A stretch of 64,000 nt of DNA from Candidatus Omnitrophota bacterium. GTDB lineage: Bacteria; Omnitrophota; Gorgyraeia; 1-14-0-20-64-10. The DNA lies in NCBI GenBank assembly GCA_016177405.1, contig JACOVG010000003.1:32050-96049 (forward strand). The letters run 5' to 3'. The notes beneath the pieces are model-generated. The model searched no databases and had not been told where the DNA came from. It was given only the letters and a program-made list of their open reading frames with translations. A program made the translations under genes and the position numbers. Within the stretch, counting starts at the first letter, position 1. Each line of letters starts with the position of its first letter. This document shows positions 32,342 to 42,371 of this stretch, in pieces.

Positions 32342-32375
32342 TGCATCTGTGTGGAAGAAAGTGGAGGGAAGTGGA
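32331..32375 (+). promoter_or_regulatory. MraZ-binding repeats
   Basis: GTGG at 32331, 32351, 32361, 32371 (10-bp phasing), matching the known GTGG/TGGGN MraZ box arrangement. Confidence 0.75.
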
Positions 32376-32381
32376 GAGCTT

Positions 32382-32542
32382 GGTTGTGGATGCCGTCGGG
32401 TTTGCCTTTATCGGGGAGCCCCCTACGGGGGAGAGGCGATCGAGCGCGGGGGATAGGCCCTTGCGCCAGAAGGCGCATCCACAACCCTCATGACGCGAAG
32501 GGGCGGTCGGCAAGTTAAGCCGGCTGCCCCCTTCGCATTTTT
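32382..32542 (+). other. candidate structured leader RNA plus terminator-like hairpin upstream of mraZ
   Basis: GGTTGTGGATGC (32382-32393) pairs perfectly with GCATCCACAACC (32475-32486); internal C(UACG)G hairpin; about 17-bp stem 32495-32536 followed by ATTTTT. Confidence 0.55.
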
Positions 32543-32562
32543 GTGGAGAGCATAGCGGTTAA

Positions 32563-33000
32563 ATGTTCTACGGGGAGCACGAGCACACGATCGATCGCAA
32601 GGGCAGGCTCATCATCCCCTCCCGGTTCCGGGAGGTGATGAAGGAGCACTACATCGACCGCTTCGTCGTGACCCGCGGCCTGGACGGCTGCCTTTTTCTC
32701 TTCACGGAAGAGGAGTGGCGCGCCCAGGAGAACCGATTTCGCGGCCTCTCCTTCACCAAGGCCGAGGCGCGCACGTTCAACCGCATTTATTTTTCCGGCG
32801 CTTCGGAGTTGACCTGTGACCGGCAGGGAAGGGTGTTGCTGCCGGAGTACTTGAGGGATTTTGCCGGAATCAAACGGGATGTGATGCTGGTGGGCGTCTC
32901 CAACCGGATTGAGATCTGGGGCAAGGAGGCGTGGCAGAAGTTTTACGGCCAATACCGGGAATCTTACGAGGAGATTGCCGAGAAACTTCTGCCCGAGTAA
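32563..33000 (+). CDS. mraZ: division/cell wall cluster transcriptional repressor MraZ
   Basis: MFYGEHEHTIDRKGRLIIPSRFR, DRQGRVLLP, IEIW. Confidence 0.96.
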   Translation: MFYGEHEHTIDRKGRLIIPSRFREVMKEHYIDRFVVTRGLDGCLFLFTEEEWRAQENRFRGLSFTKAEARTFNRIYFSGASELTCDRQGRVLLPEYLRDFAGIKRDVMLVGVSNRIEIWGKEAWQKFYGQYRESYEEIAEKLLPE

Positions 33001-33004
33001 GCGA

Positions 33005-33892
33005 TTGGATTGGGTTCACGAACCGGTCCTGACCCAAGAGGTCGTGGACGGCTTGAGCCCGGGGCCGAAAGCGGTGGTGTTGGACATGACCGTGGGCTTG
33101 GGCGGTCATGCGGAGGCGCTCTTAAAGCGGATGGGCCCCAGCGGATTCCTGATCGGTGTCGATCGGGACGCGCAGGCTCTGGAAGAAGCGCGTAAAAGGC
33201 TAAAACCTTACGCCGGACAGATGAAACTCTTGAAGGGTTCCTTCGGGCAAGCGGCTTTGCTTCTTGACCAAGCCGGCCAGGAAGCGGTGGACGCCGTCTT
33301 GTTCGATCTGGGTGTTTCCTCCATGCAGCTGGCGAAGGCCGATCGCGGCTTCTCCTTTTTGCGTGAAGGGCCTCTCGACATGCGGATGGACGCGGACCAA
33401 TCCTTGACCGCTTGGGAAATCGTCAACCGGGCCTCGCCCAGAGAACTTGTCGAGATTCTTCAGGCCTTCGGTCAGGAGCGTTGGTGCCACCGGATTTCCA
33501 GGGCCCTCGTCAGGGCCAGGCCCATCACTTCCACCACGGCGCTGGCCGAGGTGATCCGAAGGGCCTACCCGGCCTGGGCCCGGCGGGAGCGGATCGACCC
33601 GGCCACCCGCGCCTTCCAGGCCATCCGGATCGCCGTGAACGATGAGCTGGGGGAGCTGGAGCGGGGGCTTCACGGACTGCTGGACCGGGTCAAGCCGGAC
33701 GGCCGGATCGCGGTCATCGCTTATCACTCCCTGGAGGACCGCCGGGTCAAAGAGACCTTCCGGACCTGGGCCCGGGAGGCGAGGGTGGAGCTCGCGACCC
33801 GCAAACCCATCGCCCCTTCCCAGGAGGAGGTCGCCCGAAATCCAAGAAGCCGTTCGGCCCGCCTGCGGATCGCCCGGAGGATAGCGGGATGA
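33005..33892 (+). CDS. rsmH: 16S rRNA m4C1402 methyltransferase (start probably TTG 33005)
   Basis: HEPVL, DMTVGLGGH, DLGVSSMQL, GPLDMRMD, YHSLEDR, NPRSRSARLR. Confidence 0.96.
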   Translation: MDWVHEPVLTQEVVDGLSPGPKAVVLDMTVGLGGHAEALLKRMGPSGFLIGVDRDAQALEEARKRLKPYAGQMKLLKGSFGQAALLLDQAGQEAVDAVLFDLGVSSMQLAKADRGFSFLREGPLDMRMDADQSLTAWEIVNRASPRELVEILQAFGQERWCHRISRALVRARPITSTTALAEVIRRAYPAWARRERIDPATRAFQAIRIAVNDELGELERGLHGLLDRVKPDGRIAVIAYHSLEDRRVKETFRTWAREARVELATRKPIAPSQEEVARNPRSRSARLRIARRIAG

Positions 33893-34275
33893 AGAGGTTT
33901 GCCGCGACGCTTTCCTTGCTGACCGTCTTGGCCTTGTTCCACGTTCAAATGGGTGTGGGCCTGATCGCCCTGGGTTACCGGGTGGAGGCCCTCCATCGGC
34001 AACGGGAGCAGCTCCTTGACCTTCACCGGGTGCTCCAATACAATGTTTTAACGCTGCGCTCGCCCGCCATCATCAGCGGGCGGCTGAAAAGGCAAGCCAT
34101 TGAGCTGGTGGCGCCTCAAGAGGTGGAGGTTCTGCAGCGCCAAGAAACGAAGGTCCCGTCTTTATCCCAAGCGGTTTCTTTAAGAGGCGCAGCTCCCTCC
34201 AAGTGGGGCAGGTGGTTTGAGAACGTTTATCGTTTCGCCGCGTCTTTGTTGGAGGCAAGATTTAGGTTAGACTAG
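33889..34275 (+). CDS. ftsL: FtsL-like cell division protein
   Basis: TM segment followed by leucine-rich coiled coil ending LRSP; lies between rsmH and ftsI. Confidence 0.6.
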   Translation: MKRFAATLSLLTVLALFHVQMGVGLIALGYRVEALHRQREQLLDLHRVLQYNVLTLRSPAIISGRLKRQAIELVAPQEVEVLQRQETKVPSLSQAVSLRGAAPSKWGRWFENVYRFAASLLEARFRLD

Positions 34276-34276
34276 C

Positions 34277-35980
34277 GTGCTGACCGCGACACAAAAGAAC
34301 CGTGTCGCGCTGACCATCACGGCCTTGCTCGTGATTGCCCTCGGTGTCGCGGCGCGTCTGTTCTGGCTCCAGATCCTCCATCCCCAGCATTGGGTGACCC
34401 TCGCCCGGCGCCAGCACTGGACCGTTCTTGAGCTGCCGGCCACCCGGGGCCAGATCCTCGACCGGCACGAGAGGACTTTGGCCACCTCCATCCGGTTGAC
34501 CTCGGTCTTTGCCGACCCCCGCCACGTGAAGAACCCCCTGCTGACGGCGAGAAAGCTTTCCCCCCTTCTGTCGGTGCCGGTGGACCGTTTGATGACCAAG
34601 CTCTCCCAAAAGAACCGGGGCTTCGTGTGGCTGGCCCGGCGGATACCCAACCAGGCCGCCGCCCAAATTCGAAGCCTCAAACTCCAGGGCGTGGAGGTGA
34701 TGAAGGAGTCGCAGCGGGTTTACCCCCAAGGATATCTGGCCAGCCACCTGTTGGGCTTCGCGGGCCTGGATTCCAAGGGTCTGGAGGGTTTGGAGCTGGC
34801 CTTTGACAAGGTTCTCCAGGGTCAAGCGGGATGGCGGTGGCTCTCCCGAGATGCTCGGCGCAGACCGCTCATGACCTGGGGGGCCGCGGAGGTTGCCCCC
34901 CGCGACGGGCTGGAGCTTGTCCTCACCCTCGACACCACCCTTCAATTTGTGGCCGAGCAGGCGCTGGAGAAGGCCTTCCGAAAGTCCCGGGCCCAAGGGG
35001 GCTCGATTGTCGTGATGAACCCGGCCACGGGGGAGATCCTGGCCCTGGCCAATCGCCCCACCTTTGACCCTAACCAATTCGGCCAGGGGCATCCGGAAAT
35101 CCGGCGCAACCGGGCCATCACCGATACCTTTGAGCCCGGCTCCGTCTTCAAGATCGTCACCGCGGCCGTGGCCCTGGGGAAGGGATTGGTGACTCCCGGG
35201 GATTCCTTTTATTGCGAGCAGGGGGCTTTTCGGGTTTCCGGGGGACATGTCCTGCACGATTACCACCCTTACGGCAGGCTCACCTTTCGGGAGGTGATCA
35301 CGCACTCCAGCAACATAGGAACCGTCAAGGTCGCGATGAAGATAGGTCCTCAAGCCCTGTACGATGGGATTCGGGCCTTCGGTTTCGGGGTGCCGACAGG
35401 AATAGAGCTTCCCGGAGAGGTGGGAGGCACCGCCCGGCCGCCCAGCCAATGGTCCAAGCTGTCGATCACGGCCATCCCGATGGGGCAGGAGGTCACGGTG
35501 ACGGCGCTGCAGCTGGCCCAGGGGATGAGCGTTCTGGCCAACGGCGGGTATCTGGTGAAGCCCTGGCTGGTGAAGGAGATCCGGCATCCCGATGGAACGG
35601 CGGTCAAGAGGTTTCAGCCGACGCCGGTTCGGAAGGTCCTGGAAGAGAAGGTGGCCCACACCTTGAAGGAGATCTTGGCCGGCGTCGTGGAGGAAGGGAC
35701 CGGGAAGATGGCCCAGGTGGCCGGGATTCGAACGGCCGGCAAGACCGGGACGGCCCAAAAGGTGGATCCCAACGGCACCTATTCCCAGAGCCGTTACGTC
35801 GCCTCCTTCGTCGGTTTCGCCCCCGTGGAGGATCCGAAGCTGGTGATCGCGGTGATCTTGGATGAGCCCCAGCCGATCCATTTCGGAGGCGTGGTTTCGG
35901 CGCCGGTTTTCCGGGAGGTGGTTGGACAGAGCTTGGGTTATCTCGAGGAAGAGAATCTTCAGCTGGCTTCCCGCCCATGA
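34277..35980 (+). CDS. ftsI: class B penicillin-binding protein (PBP3/FtsI)
   Basis: RGQILDR, EPGSVFK (SxxK), SSN, KTGT. Confidence 0.93.
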   Translation: MLTATQKNRVALTITALLVIALGVAARLFWLQILHPQHWVTLARRQHWTVLELPATRGQILDRHERTLATSIRLTSVFADPRHVKNPLLTARKLSPLLSVPVDRLMTKLSQKNRGFVWLARRIPNQAAAQIRSLKLQGVEVMKESQRVYPQGYLASHLLGFAGLDSKGLEGLELAFDKVLQGQAGWRWLSRDARRRPLMTWGAAEVAPRDGLELVLTLDTTLQFVAEQALEKAFRKSRAQGGSIVVMNPATGEILALANRPTFDPNQFGQGHPEIRRNRAITDTFEPGSVFKIVTAAVALGKGLVTPGDSFYCEQGAFRVSGGHVLHDYHPYGRLTFREVITHSSNIGTVKVAMKIGPQALYDGIRAFGFGVPTGIELPGEVGGTARPPSQWSKLSITAIPMGQEVTVTALQLAQGMSVLANGGYLVKPWLVKEIRHPDGTAVKRFQPTPVRKVLEEKVAHTLKEILAGVVEEGTGKMAQVAGIRTAGKTGTAQKVDPNGTYSQSRYVASFVGFAPVEDPKLVIAVILDEPQPIHFGGVVSAPVFREVVGQSLGYLEEENLQLASRP

Positions 35981-37473
35981 GCGGACCGGCGGCGGCCCGT
36001 TGGTTCCTGCCTGACCTGCTGAAGGCCGCCTCGGCCGCCCCCGCCGGCGTTTCCATCCCGGAGCTTCCCGTTCAAGACTTGACCGACGATTCGCGCGAGG
36101 TCGGCCCCGGAGCCCTTTTTGTCGCCGTCCGCGGACCCGTGGAGGATGGGCATCGTTTTGTGGGGCAGGCCGCGGCCCGGGGCGCCGCGGCGGTCCTGGT
36201 GGAAGAGGAGCAGGGGGTTCCCGCCGGCGTTGTTCAGATCCGGGTGGACTCCACCCGAAAGCTCCTGGGACCCTTGGCGCAAGCCTTCTGGGGAGATCCA
36301 AGCAAAAGGCTGCGCCTGGTGGGGGTGACCGGGACGAACGGCAAGTCGACGGTGACGGCGCTGATTCGGCATCTGCTTGAATCGGCGGGGTATCCCTGCG
36401 GGTTGATCGGGACCGTCTCTTACCGCGCGGGGGGTAGGCAATACCCCTCCGGGAACACGACCCCGGGCGCCGTCCGGCTGGGCGAGCTGCTTTCCGAGAT
36501 GGTCAAGGCCAAGCAGGTGGCCGCCGCTCTGGAGGTTTCTTCCCATGCCTTGGAACAGGGACGGACCGACGGGATCCGCTGGACCTGCGGGGTTTTCACC
36601 AACTTGAACCCCGAGCACTTGGATTATCACCGGACGCTCGCGGCTTATCGAAAGGTGAAGCTCAAGCTTTTTGAGGCTCTGCCGGCCGGAGCCTCGGCGG
36701 TGATCAACGCGGACGATCCATCCTCCCGGGCCTTTGGCCAGGCCACGAAGGCTTCGGTTTTGACCTTCGGGTTAAACCAGCGGGCGGACTTCATGGCCCT
36801 GAAATGGACCGTTTCTTGGGAGGGGACCGCCTGCGAGCTGAAAACGCCCGAAGGGGAATTCTCTCTTCAGACCCCCTTGGCCGGCCGGCACAACGTGGAA
36901 AACCTTCTGGCCGCGCTGGCCGCCGTGACCAGCCTCAAGATTCCGCTGTCGGAGATCCTGCCGGCCGTCCGGACCTTCACCGGTGTTCCCGGCAGGCTCG
37001 AGCGGGTGGATTCCGGGGAGGGCCTGCCGGTTTGGGTGGATTATGCCCACACCGAGGTTGCCCTGCGATCGGTTCTGACGGCCCTGAAGGAGATGACCCG
37101 CCGGAAGATCCTGGTGGTTTTTGGATGCGGGGGAGACCGGGACCGGAGCAAACGTCCCCGCATGGGGGAGGTTGCCGCCGCGCTCGCCGATCGGGTGATC
37201 GTGACCTCCGATAACCCTCGCTCCGAAGATCCCGGCGCCATCGCCCAGGAGATCGCGGAGGGTTTAAAAGCAGGGCCTGCCCCCTTTGAGGTCGTTCTGG
37301 ACCGGAGGGAGGCGATCCGCTTGGCCCTGACGGCCGTCGAAGAGGAGTGGGTGGTGCTCATCGCCGGGAAAGGGCACGAAAGAGAACAGCTGGTTGGGCC
37401 AAGAAGGATTCCCTTTGACGATCGGGAAGTGGTTCGGCAGTTGTTGGGCTTGAAGACAGCAGCCGCGCGATGA
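35977..37473 (+). CDS. murE: UDP-MurNAc-dipeptide ligase MurE (DAP-type)
   Basis: GVTGTNGKST, EVSSH, DYAHT, GCGGDRD, DNPR (meso-DAP motif), AGKGHE. Confidence 0.96.
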   Translation: MSGPAAARWFLPDLLKAASAAPAGVSIPELPVQDLTDDSREVGPGALFVAVRGPVEDGHRFVGQAAARGAAAVLVEEEQGVPAGVVQIRVDSTRKLLGPLAQAFWGDPSKRLRLVGVTGTNGKSTVTALIRHLLESAGYPCGLIGTVSYRAGGRQYPSGNTTPGAVRLGELLSEMVKAKQVAAALEVSSHALEQGRTDGIRWTCGVFTNLNPEHLDYHRTLAAYRKVKLKLFEALPAGASAVINADDPSSRAFGQATKASVLTFGLNQRADFMALKWTVSWEGTACELKTPEGEFSLQTPLAGRHNVENLLAALAAVTSLKIPLSEILPAVRTFTGVPGRLERVDSGEGLPVWVDYAHTEVALRSVLTALKEMTRRKILVVFGCGGDRDRSKRPRMGEVAAALADRVIVTSDNPRSEDPGAIAQEIAEGLKAGPAPFEVVLDRREAIRLALTAVEEEWVVLIAGKGHEREQLVGPRRIPFDDREVVRQLLGLKTAAAR

Positions 37474-38846
37474 ACGAAGCGCTCACCTTCACCGCCCGCG
37501 AGATCCTCTCGGCCGCCGGGGCCAAACCGGAGGGTCTATCGGGACCGGACGTCCGGGGGATCTCCATTGACACGAGGACCATCAAGCCCGGAGAGCTTTT
37601 CGTGGCCATCCGCGGCAAGCGTTTTGACGGGCATGATTTCATTCCGGAAGCCTTTCAAAGAGGGGCGGCGGCCGCCTTGGTGGACGGCCGGGAGATCCGG
37701 GCGCCAGGATGCCTCTACCGGGCCGCCGATACGCTGAAGGCCTTGGGGGATCTGGCCCGATTTCACCGGGACCGGTTCAACCTGCCGGTGGCCGCCATCA
37801 CCGGTTCAAGCGGCAAGACCACCACCAAGGAGATGACGCGCCACCTGCTGTCGGCCAAGGCGGAGGTCTTGGCCGCGCCCGGGACCCAGAACAACCAGGT
37901 GGGGGTGCCCCTGACCCTCTTTCGCCTGACCGCGGAACCCTGGGCCGCGGTCTTGGAGCTTGGCACCAACCAATGGGGGGAGATCGGCCGCCTCACCGAA
38001 ATCTCCCGTCCCACGGTGGGGGTTTGTCTCAACATCGGGAGGGCTCACCTCAAGACCTTCGGCGACCTGGCGGGGGTTCTTCGAGCCAAGGGTGAACTTT
38101 GGGAAAAGCTGGATTCCGGCGCCGGTTTGGTCCTGAACGCCGACGATCCTCTCTTGTGGGAGACCGGGCGCCGGTTGAACCGGAGGATCCTCTGGTTCGG
38201 CTGCCGGCCGGAGGCCGATGTCCGGGCCGACCGGATCGCCGAGGAGGGCTGGACCACGCGGGCCAGGATCAACGGAAAGTGGAAGCTGGCCTTGCCCCTG
38301 CCTGGCCGCCACAATCTGATGAACGCCTTGGCCGCCCTGACCTGCGCGCAAGCCCTGGGGATGGATCTTCAGCCTTGCCTGGAGCGCCTCTCGTCGATGG
38401 CACCCATCCCGGGCCGGCTGGCCGCCAGAGAGGTCGAGGGCTGCCTATTTCTTGACGATACCTACAACGCCAACCCCGACTCCTTTCACGCGGCCCTCGA
38501 GGTTTTGAAGGCCATCCCGGCATCCGGCAGGCGGGTGGTGGTCTGCGGCGATATGCTGGAGCAGGGCAAGGCGGCGGCCGGTCTCCACGCCGAGCTGGGC
38601 CGCCGGATCGCCGCCTCGGGGGTCGAGGCCTTGGCGGCGGTGGGGCCCAGGGGCGGCGATCTGGTGGAGGCGGCCCGGCAGGAGGGGTTGCCCCCGGAAA
38701 AGAGCTGGCGCTTTAAGAGCGCCTGGGAAGCGGGCGAGTTTTTGTTGGGATTCTTGAAGGCGGGAGACGTCGTTTTGGTCAAGGGCTCCCGCGGGATGAA
38801 AATGGAAGAGGTTCTGGAATGCTTCTGTACCTCCTTGCCCCGTTAA
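37470..38846 (+). CDS. murF: UDP-MurNAc-tripeptide-D-Ala-D-Ala ligase
   Basis: TGSSGKTTTKEM, NNQVGVP, DTYNANP, GDMLE, KGSRGM. Confidence 0.95.
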   Translation: MNEALTFTAREILSAAGAKPEGLSGPDVRGISIDTRTIKPGELFVAIRGKRFDGHDFIPEAFQRGAAAALVDGREIRAPGCLYRAADTLKALGDLARFHRDRFNLPVAAITGSSGKTTTKEMTRHLLSAKAEVLAAPGTQNNQVGVPLTLFRLTAEPWAAVLELGTNQWGEIGRLTEISRPTVGVCLNIGRAHLKTFGDLAGVLRAKGELWEKLDSGAGLVLNADDPLLWETGRRLNRRILWFGCRPEADVRADRIAEEGWTTRARINGKWKLALPLPGRHNLMNALAALTCAQALGMDLQPCLERLSSMAPIPGRLAAREVEGCLFLDDTYNANPDSFHAALEVLKAIPASGRRVVVCGDMLEQGKAAAGLHAELGRRIAASGVEALAAVGPRGGDLVEAARQEGLPPEKSWRFKSAWEAGEFLLGFLKAGDVVLVKGSRGMKMEEVLECFCTSLPR

Positions 38847-39910
38847 GGGACTGGTGGTTCGGTTTCAACGTTTTTCGATACATCACCTTCCGGATGGCCA
38901 TGGCCAGCCTCACCGCTTTCCTGATCACCCTTTGGGCGGCGCCCCGGGTGATCCGCTGGTTGACCGAGCTTAAGGCGGGCCAGCCGGTCCGGGATGAAAA
39001 GGAGGTGGGCGGGCTGTATCCGCTTCACCGGCACAAGGCCGGGACGCCGACCATGGGAGGGTTGTTGATTCTGCTTTCCCTGGTGGGCTCGACCCTCTTG
39101 TGGGGCGACCTGCTGAACCGGCAGGTCTTGGCGGCCCTGGGGGTGACGGCGGCCTTGGGCGGGCTGGGGTTCTGGGACGATTGGACCAAGCTGCGGCGCT
39201 CCACGAGCCAGGGGGTGAGCGCCAGGACCAAGCTCCTGTGGCAGGCGGTGACCGCCGGGCTGTTGATGGCTGTGGTGCTGACCGATCCGTGGTACTCGAC
39301 CTTTTTGGAGGTGCCCTTTGTGAAGGGGCCGGGGGTTGATCTGGGGGGATGGTACCTCCTCCTTGGATTTCTTGTTCTTTCGGGAAGCTCCAACGCCGTG
39401 AACCTGGCGGACGGCTTGGATGGTCTGGCGATCGGCTGCACCACGATGATCGCGCTTGCCTTCACCGTGATGAGCTACCTGGCGGGGCACAGCGTCCTGG
39501 CCGACTATCTCCTGATCTCCCACGTCCCCGGGACGGGGGAGCTGGCCGTTTTTTGCGCGGCCCTGGTGGGAGCCGGAATGGGTTTCCTCTGGTACAACGC
39601 TCATCCGGCTTGCCTCTTCATGGGGGACACCGGAAGCCTGGCGATCGGAGGGGCCCTGGGAACGGTGGCCCTCCTCATCAAGAAAGAGCTCTTGCTGGTT
39701 ATAGTCGGCGGGATCTTTGTGGCGGAGGCCCTTTCGGTGATCCTCCAGGTGGCCTCCTTTCGAACCACCGGGCGGCGGATCTTCCGGATGGCCCCTCTGC
39801 ACCACCATTTCCAGCTCAAGGGAATCCCGGAGACCCAGGTGACGATCCGGATGTGGATCGTCGCGGCGATCCTGGCGCTCGTTTCTTTAAGCACCCTGAA
39901 GCTGCGATGA
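38819..39910 (+). CDS. mraY: phospho-MurNAc-pentapeptide transferase
   Basis: KAGTPTMGG, DD, NAVNLADGLDGL, FMGDTGS, MAPLHHHF. Confidence 0.97.
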   Translation: MLLYLLAPLRDWWFGFNVFRYITFRMAMASLTAFLITLWAAPRVIRWLTELKAGQPVRDEKEVGGLYPLHRHKAGTPTMGGLLILLSLVGSTLLWGDLLNRQVLAALGVTAALGGLGFWDDWTKLRRSTSQGVSARTKLLWQAVTAGLLMAVVLTDPWYSTFLEVPFVKGPGVDLGGWYLLLGFLVLSGSSNAVNLADGLDGLAIGCTTMIALAFTVMSYLAGHSVLADYLLISHVPGTGELAVFCAALVGAGMGFLWYNAHPACLFMGDTGSLAIGGALGTVALLIKKELLLVIVGGIFVAEALSVILQVASFRTTGRRIFRMAPLHHHFQLKGIPETQVTIRMWIVAAILALVSLSTLKLR

Positions 39911-41289
39911 CCCCCCTCTTGCCGGTCCTGCGGCCGGGCCCCGGGACGCCCGTTGCCGTGGTGGGATTGGCCCGAAGCGGCGCGGCCGCCGCCCGGTGGC
40001 TTTGCCAATTGGGTTGCCTGGTGCGGGTCACGGAGCTCGCGGCGGACAGCGCCCTGCGCCAGACCGCGGACGAACTCAAGGCTCTCGGGGCGCTGGTGGA
40101 GCTGGGGAGGCACAGCCGGGATTTCATCGCGGGCTCGAGGCTCGTCGTGGCAAGCCCCGGCGTTCCTCCCCAGAGCCCGCCGCTTCAATGGGCGAGGAGG
40201 GAAGGGATTCCGGTGGTCGGAGAGCTGGAGCTGGCCAGCTGGTATTGCCCGGGAAAGATCGTCGCGGTGACAGGCAGCAACGGAAAATCAACCGTCACCA
40301 CCCTTTTGGGCGAGATTCTTCGCCGCGCCGGGGTGGAGGCGGTGGTGGCCGGCAACATTGGGAACCCCTTCTGCGGCGAGCTTGGCCGGCTCAACCCTGG
40401 GACGGTGGTGGTGCTGGAGGTGAGCTCCTTTCAACTGGAAAGCTCCCTTTCATTTCATCCGGACGTGGCCTGCCTGCTGAACCTGACCACCAATCACCTG
40501 GATCGCCATAAGAGCCTCGCGGCTTACCGGGCGGCGAAGGCCAAGCTGTTTGCCCATCAGGGCAGACAAAGCAGCGCGTGTCTGAACGCGGACGATGAAG
40601 GCAGCGCCTCTTTTGCCCGGGAGGCCGCCGGAGCCGTGGCCTGGTTCAGCCGGCGCCGGAAGGTGGCGGGGGCCCATCTGGCCGGCGGTTGGCTCACCTT
40701 GAATTTGCCGAACCTTTCGGGTCCCATCTGCCGGCGCGAGAGCCTGGCGAGGAAGGGGCCGCATCATGAGGAGAACGCCCTCGCGGCGAGCTGTCTGGCC
40801 GGGCTGCTGGGTGTCGCGCCTGCGGTCTCGGGGGAGGTCCTTCAGCGTTTTCAGGGCTTGGCGCACCGTCAAGAGGTGGTGGCGGTTCTCCGGGGAGTGA
40901 CCTTCGTGAACGACTCCAAGGCGACCACCGTCTCGGCGGGGATCCGGGCGATCGAGGCGGCTCCCTCCCGGGTGGTTCTGATTGCCGGCGGTCGGGACAA
41001 GGGGAGCGACTTCTCCGTCCTTCGACCGCTTCGCGGGAAGATCAAGGCGGTGGTGGCCATCGGCGAGGACGGCCCGAAGATCCGCCGGGCCCTGAAGGGG
41101 TTCGTCCCCTCTCACCGGTCGGACAGCCTGCGGGGGGCGGTTCAGGCCGCTTTTGGAATGGCCCGCGAGGGGGAGTGGGTGCTGCTGTCTCCCATGTGCA
41201 CCAGCTTCGACATGTTCCGCGATTTTGAGGATCGGGGCGCTCATTTTGTGAAGGCGGTCGCCGAGCTCTCGAACGAATGCGTTCCTTAA
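39907..41289 (+). CDS. murD: UDP-MurNAc-L-Ala-D-Glu ligase
   Basis: ATG 39907; GLARSG, SPGVP, TGSNGKSTVT, EVSSFQLE, NDSKAT, SFDMF. Confidence 0.95.
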   Translation: MTPLLPVLRPGPGTPVAVVGLARSGAAAARWLCQLGCLVRVTELAADSALRQTADELKALGALVELGRHSRDFIAGSRLVVASPGVPPQSPPLQWARREGIPVVGELELASWYCPGKIVAVTGSNGKSTVTTLLGEILRRAGVEAVVAGNIGNPFCGELGRLNPGTVVVLEVSSFQLESSLSFHPDVACLLNLTTNHLDRHKSLAAYRAAKAKLFAHQGRQSSACLNADDEGSASFAREAAGAVAWFSRRRKVAGAHLAGGWLTLNLPNLSGPICRRESLARKGPHHEENALAASCLAGLLGVAPAVSGEVLQRFQGLAHRQEVVAVLRGVTFVNDSKATTVSAGIRAIEAAPSRVVLIAGGRDKGSDFSVLRPLRGKIKAVVAIGEDGPKIRRALKGFVPSHRSDSLRGAVQAAFGMAREGEWVLLSPMCTSFDMFRDFEDRGAHFVKAVAELSNECVP

Positions 41290-42371
41290 GAAGACGGTTT
41301 CTTTCGCTGCTGGCGATCCTTCTGGCGGTGGGGGTGGTGATGGTTTATTCCACCTCCGCGATCTACTGCAGCCAGGAGCACGGCGACCCGGCCTATTTCC
41401 TCAAGCGCCATCTGGCCTATCTGGCGGTCGGGATCGTCCTGTTCCTCTGGGTGTTGAGCCTGGACCCGGACCGGATCCGGCGCTGGGTGAAGCCCCTGCT
41501 GGTCTTGACCCTGGTGAGCCTGGTGGTGGTTCTGCTGCCGGGGCTGGGGCGGAGGGTTTCGGGAGCCAGCCGGTGGTTCCGCGTCGGGTCGTTCAGCTTT
41601 CAGCCCTCCGAGATGGCCCAGGTGGCGGTGATCCTGTACCTGGCCGATGTCCTGACCCGGAAGGGGCATACCATCACGAGCTTCTTCCGGGGTGTGGTGC
41701 CTCCCCTGCTGGTGCTGGGGCTTACCCTGGGGCTCATTCTGGTCGAGCCCGATTTGGGAACGGCGGTGGCCTTGGCGGTGGTGGCGCTGGTCCTTTTCTT
41801 TATCGCCGGGGTCAAGCCAAAGGTTCTGCTGGGTCTTTTCCTGGCGGCCCTGCCGGCGGTGGCGGGGCTGATCCTCATGAAGCCGTACCGGGTGCGCCGG
41901 ATCTTGTCGTACCTCAATCCCTGGGCCGATCCGGAGGGGTCCGGCTTTCAGCTCATTCAGTCCCTGGTGGCTTTGGGATCGGGCGGCTGGATCGGATTGG
42001 GCTTGGGGGAGTCGCGGCAGAAGCTCTTCTACTTGCCGGCGGCCCACACCGATTTCATCTTCGCCGTGATGGGCGAGGAGCTGGGATTCCTGGGGGCGAG
42101 CGTCATCCTCGCGGCGCTGGGGCTTCTTATCTTTTACGGCGTGCGAATCGCCATGACCGCCACCGATTCGTTCGGCACCTTCGCGGGGATCGGCTTCATG
42201 ACCTTGATCGCCCTGGAAAGCCTGGTCCACGTCGCGGTGAACCTGGGGGTCATCCCGACCAAGGGCTTGCCCCTTCCTTTCATCAGCTACGGCGGGACGG
42301 CCCTGGTGGCCAACCTGGTGAGCATGGCGCTTCTGCTCAACCTCTGCCGTCCCCGCGGGGTGGGGGAGTGA
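41277..42371 (+). CDS. ftsW: SEDS peptidoglycan glycosyltransferase FtsW
   Basis: GASRW, QPSE, EPDLGT, LPAAHTDFIF, GEELG, PFISYGG. Confidence 0.95.
   Translation: MRSLRRRFLSLLAILLAVGVVMVYSTSAIYCSQEHGDPAYFLKRHLAYLAVGIVLFLWVLSLDPDRIRRWVKPLLVLTLVSLVVVLLPGLGRRVSGASRWFRVGSFSFQPSEMAQVAVILYLADVLTRKGHTITSFFRGVVPPLLVLGLTLGLILVEPDLGTAVALAVVALVLFFIAGVKPKVLLGLFLAALPAVAGLILMKPYRVRRILSYLNPWADPEGSGFQLIQSLVALGSGGWIGLGLGESRQKLFYLPAAHTDFIFAVMGEELGFLGASVILAALGLLIFYGVRIAMTATDSFGTFAGIGFMTLIALESLVHVAVNLGVIPTKGLPLPFISYGGTALVANLVSMALLLNLCRPRGVGE

Noticed and set aside
32382-32542. 6S RNA or SRP RNA identity for the mraZ leader
   Set aside because: No SRP GGAA-loop domain IV motif and no long rod with a central bubble typical of 6S.
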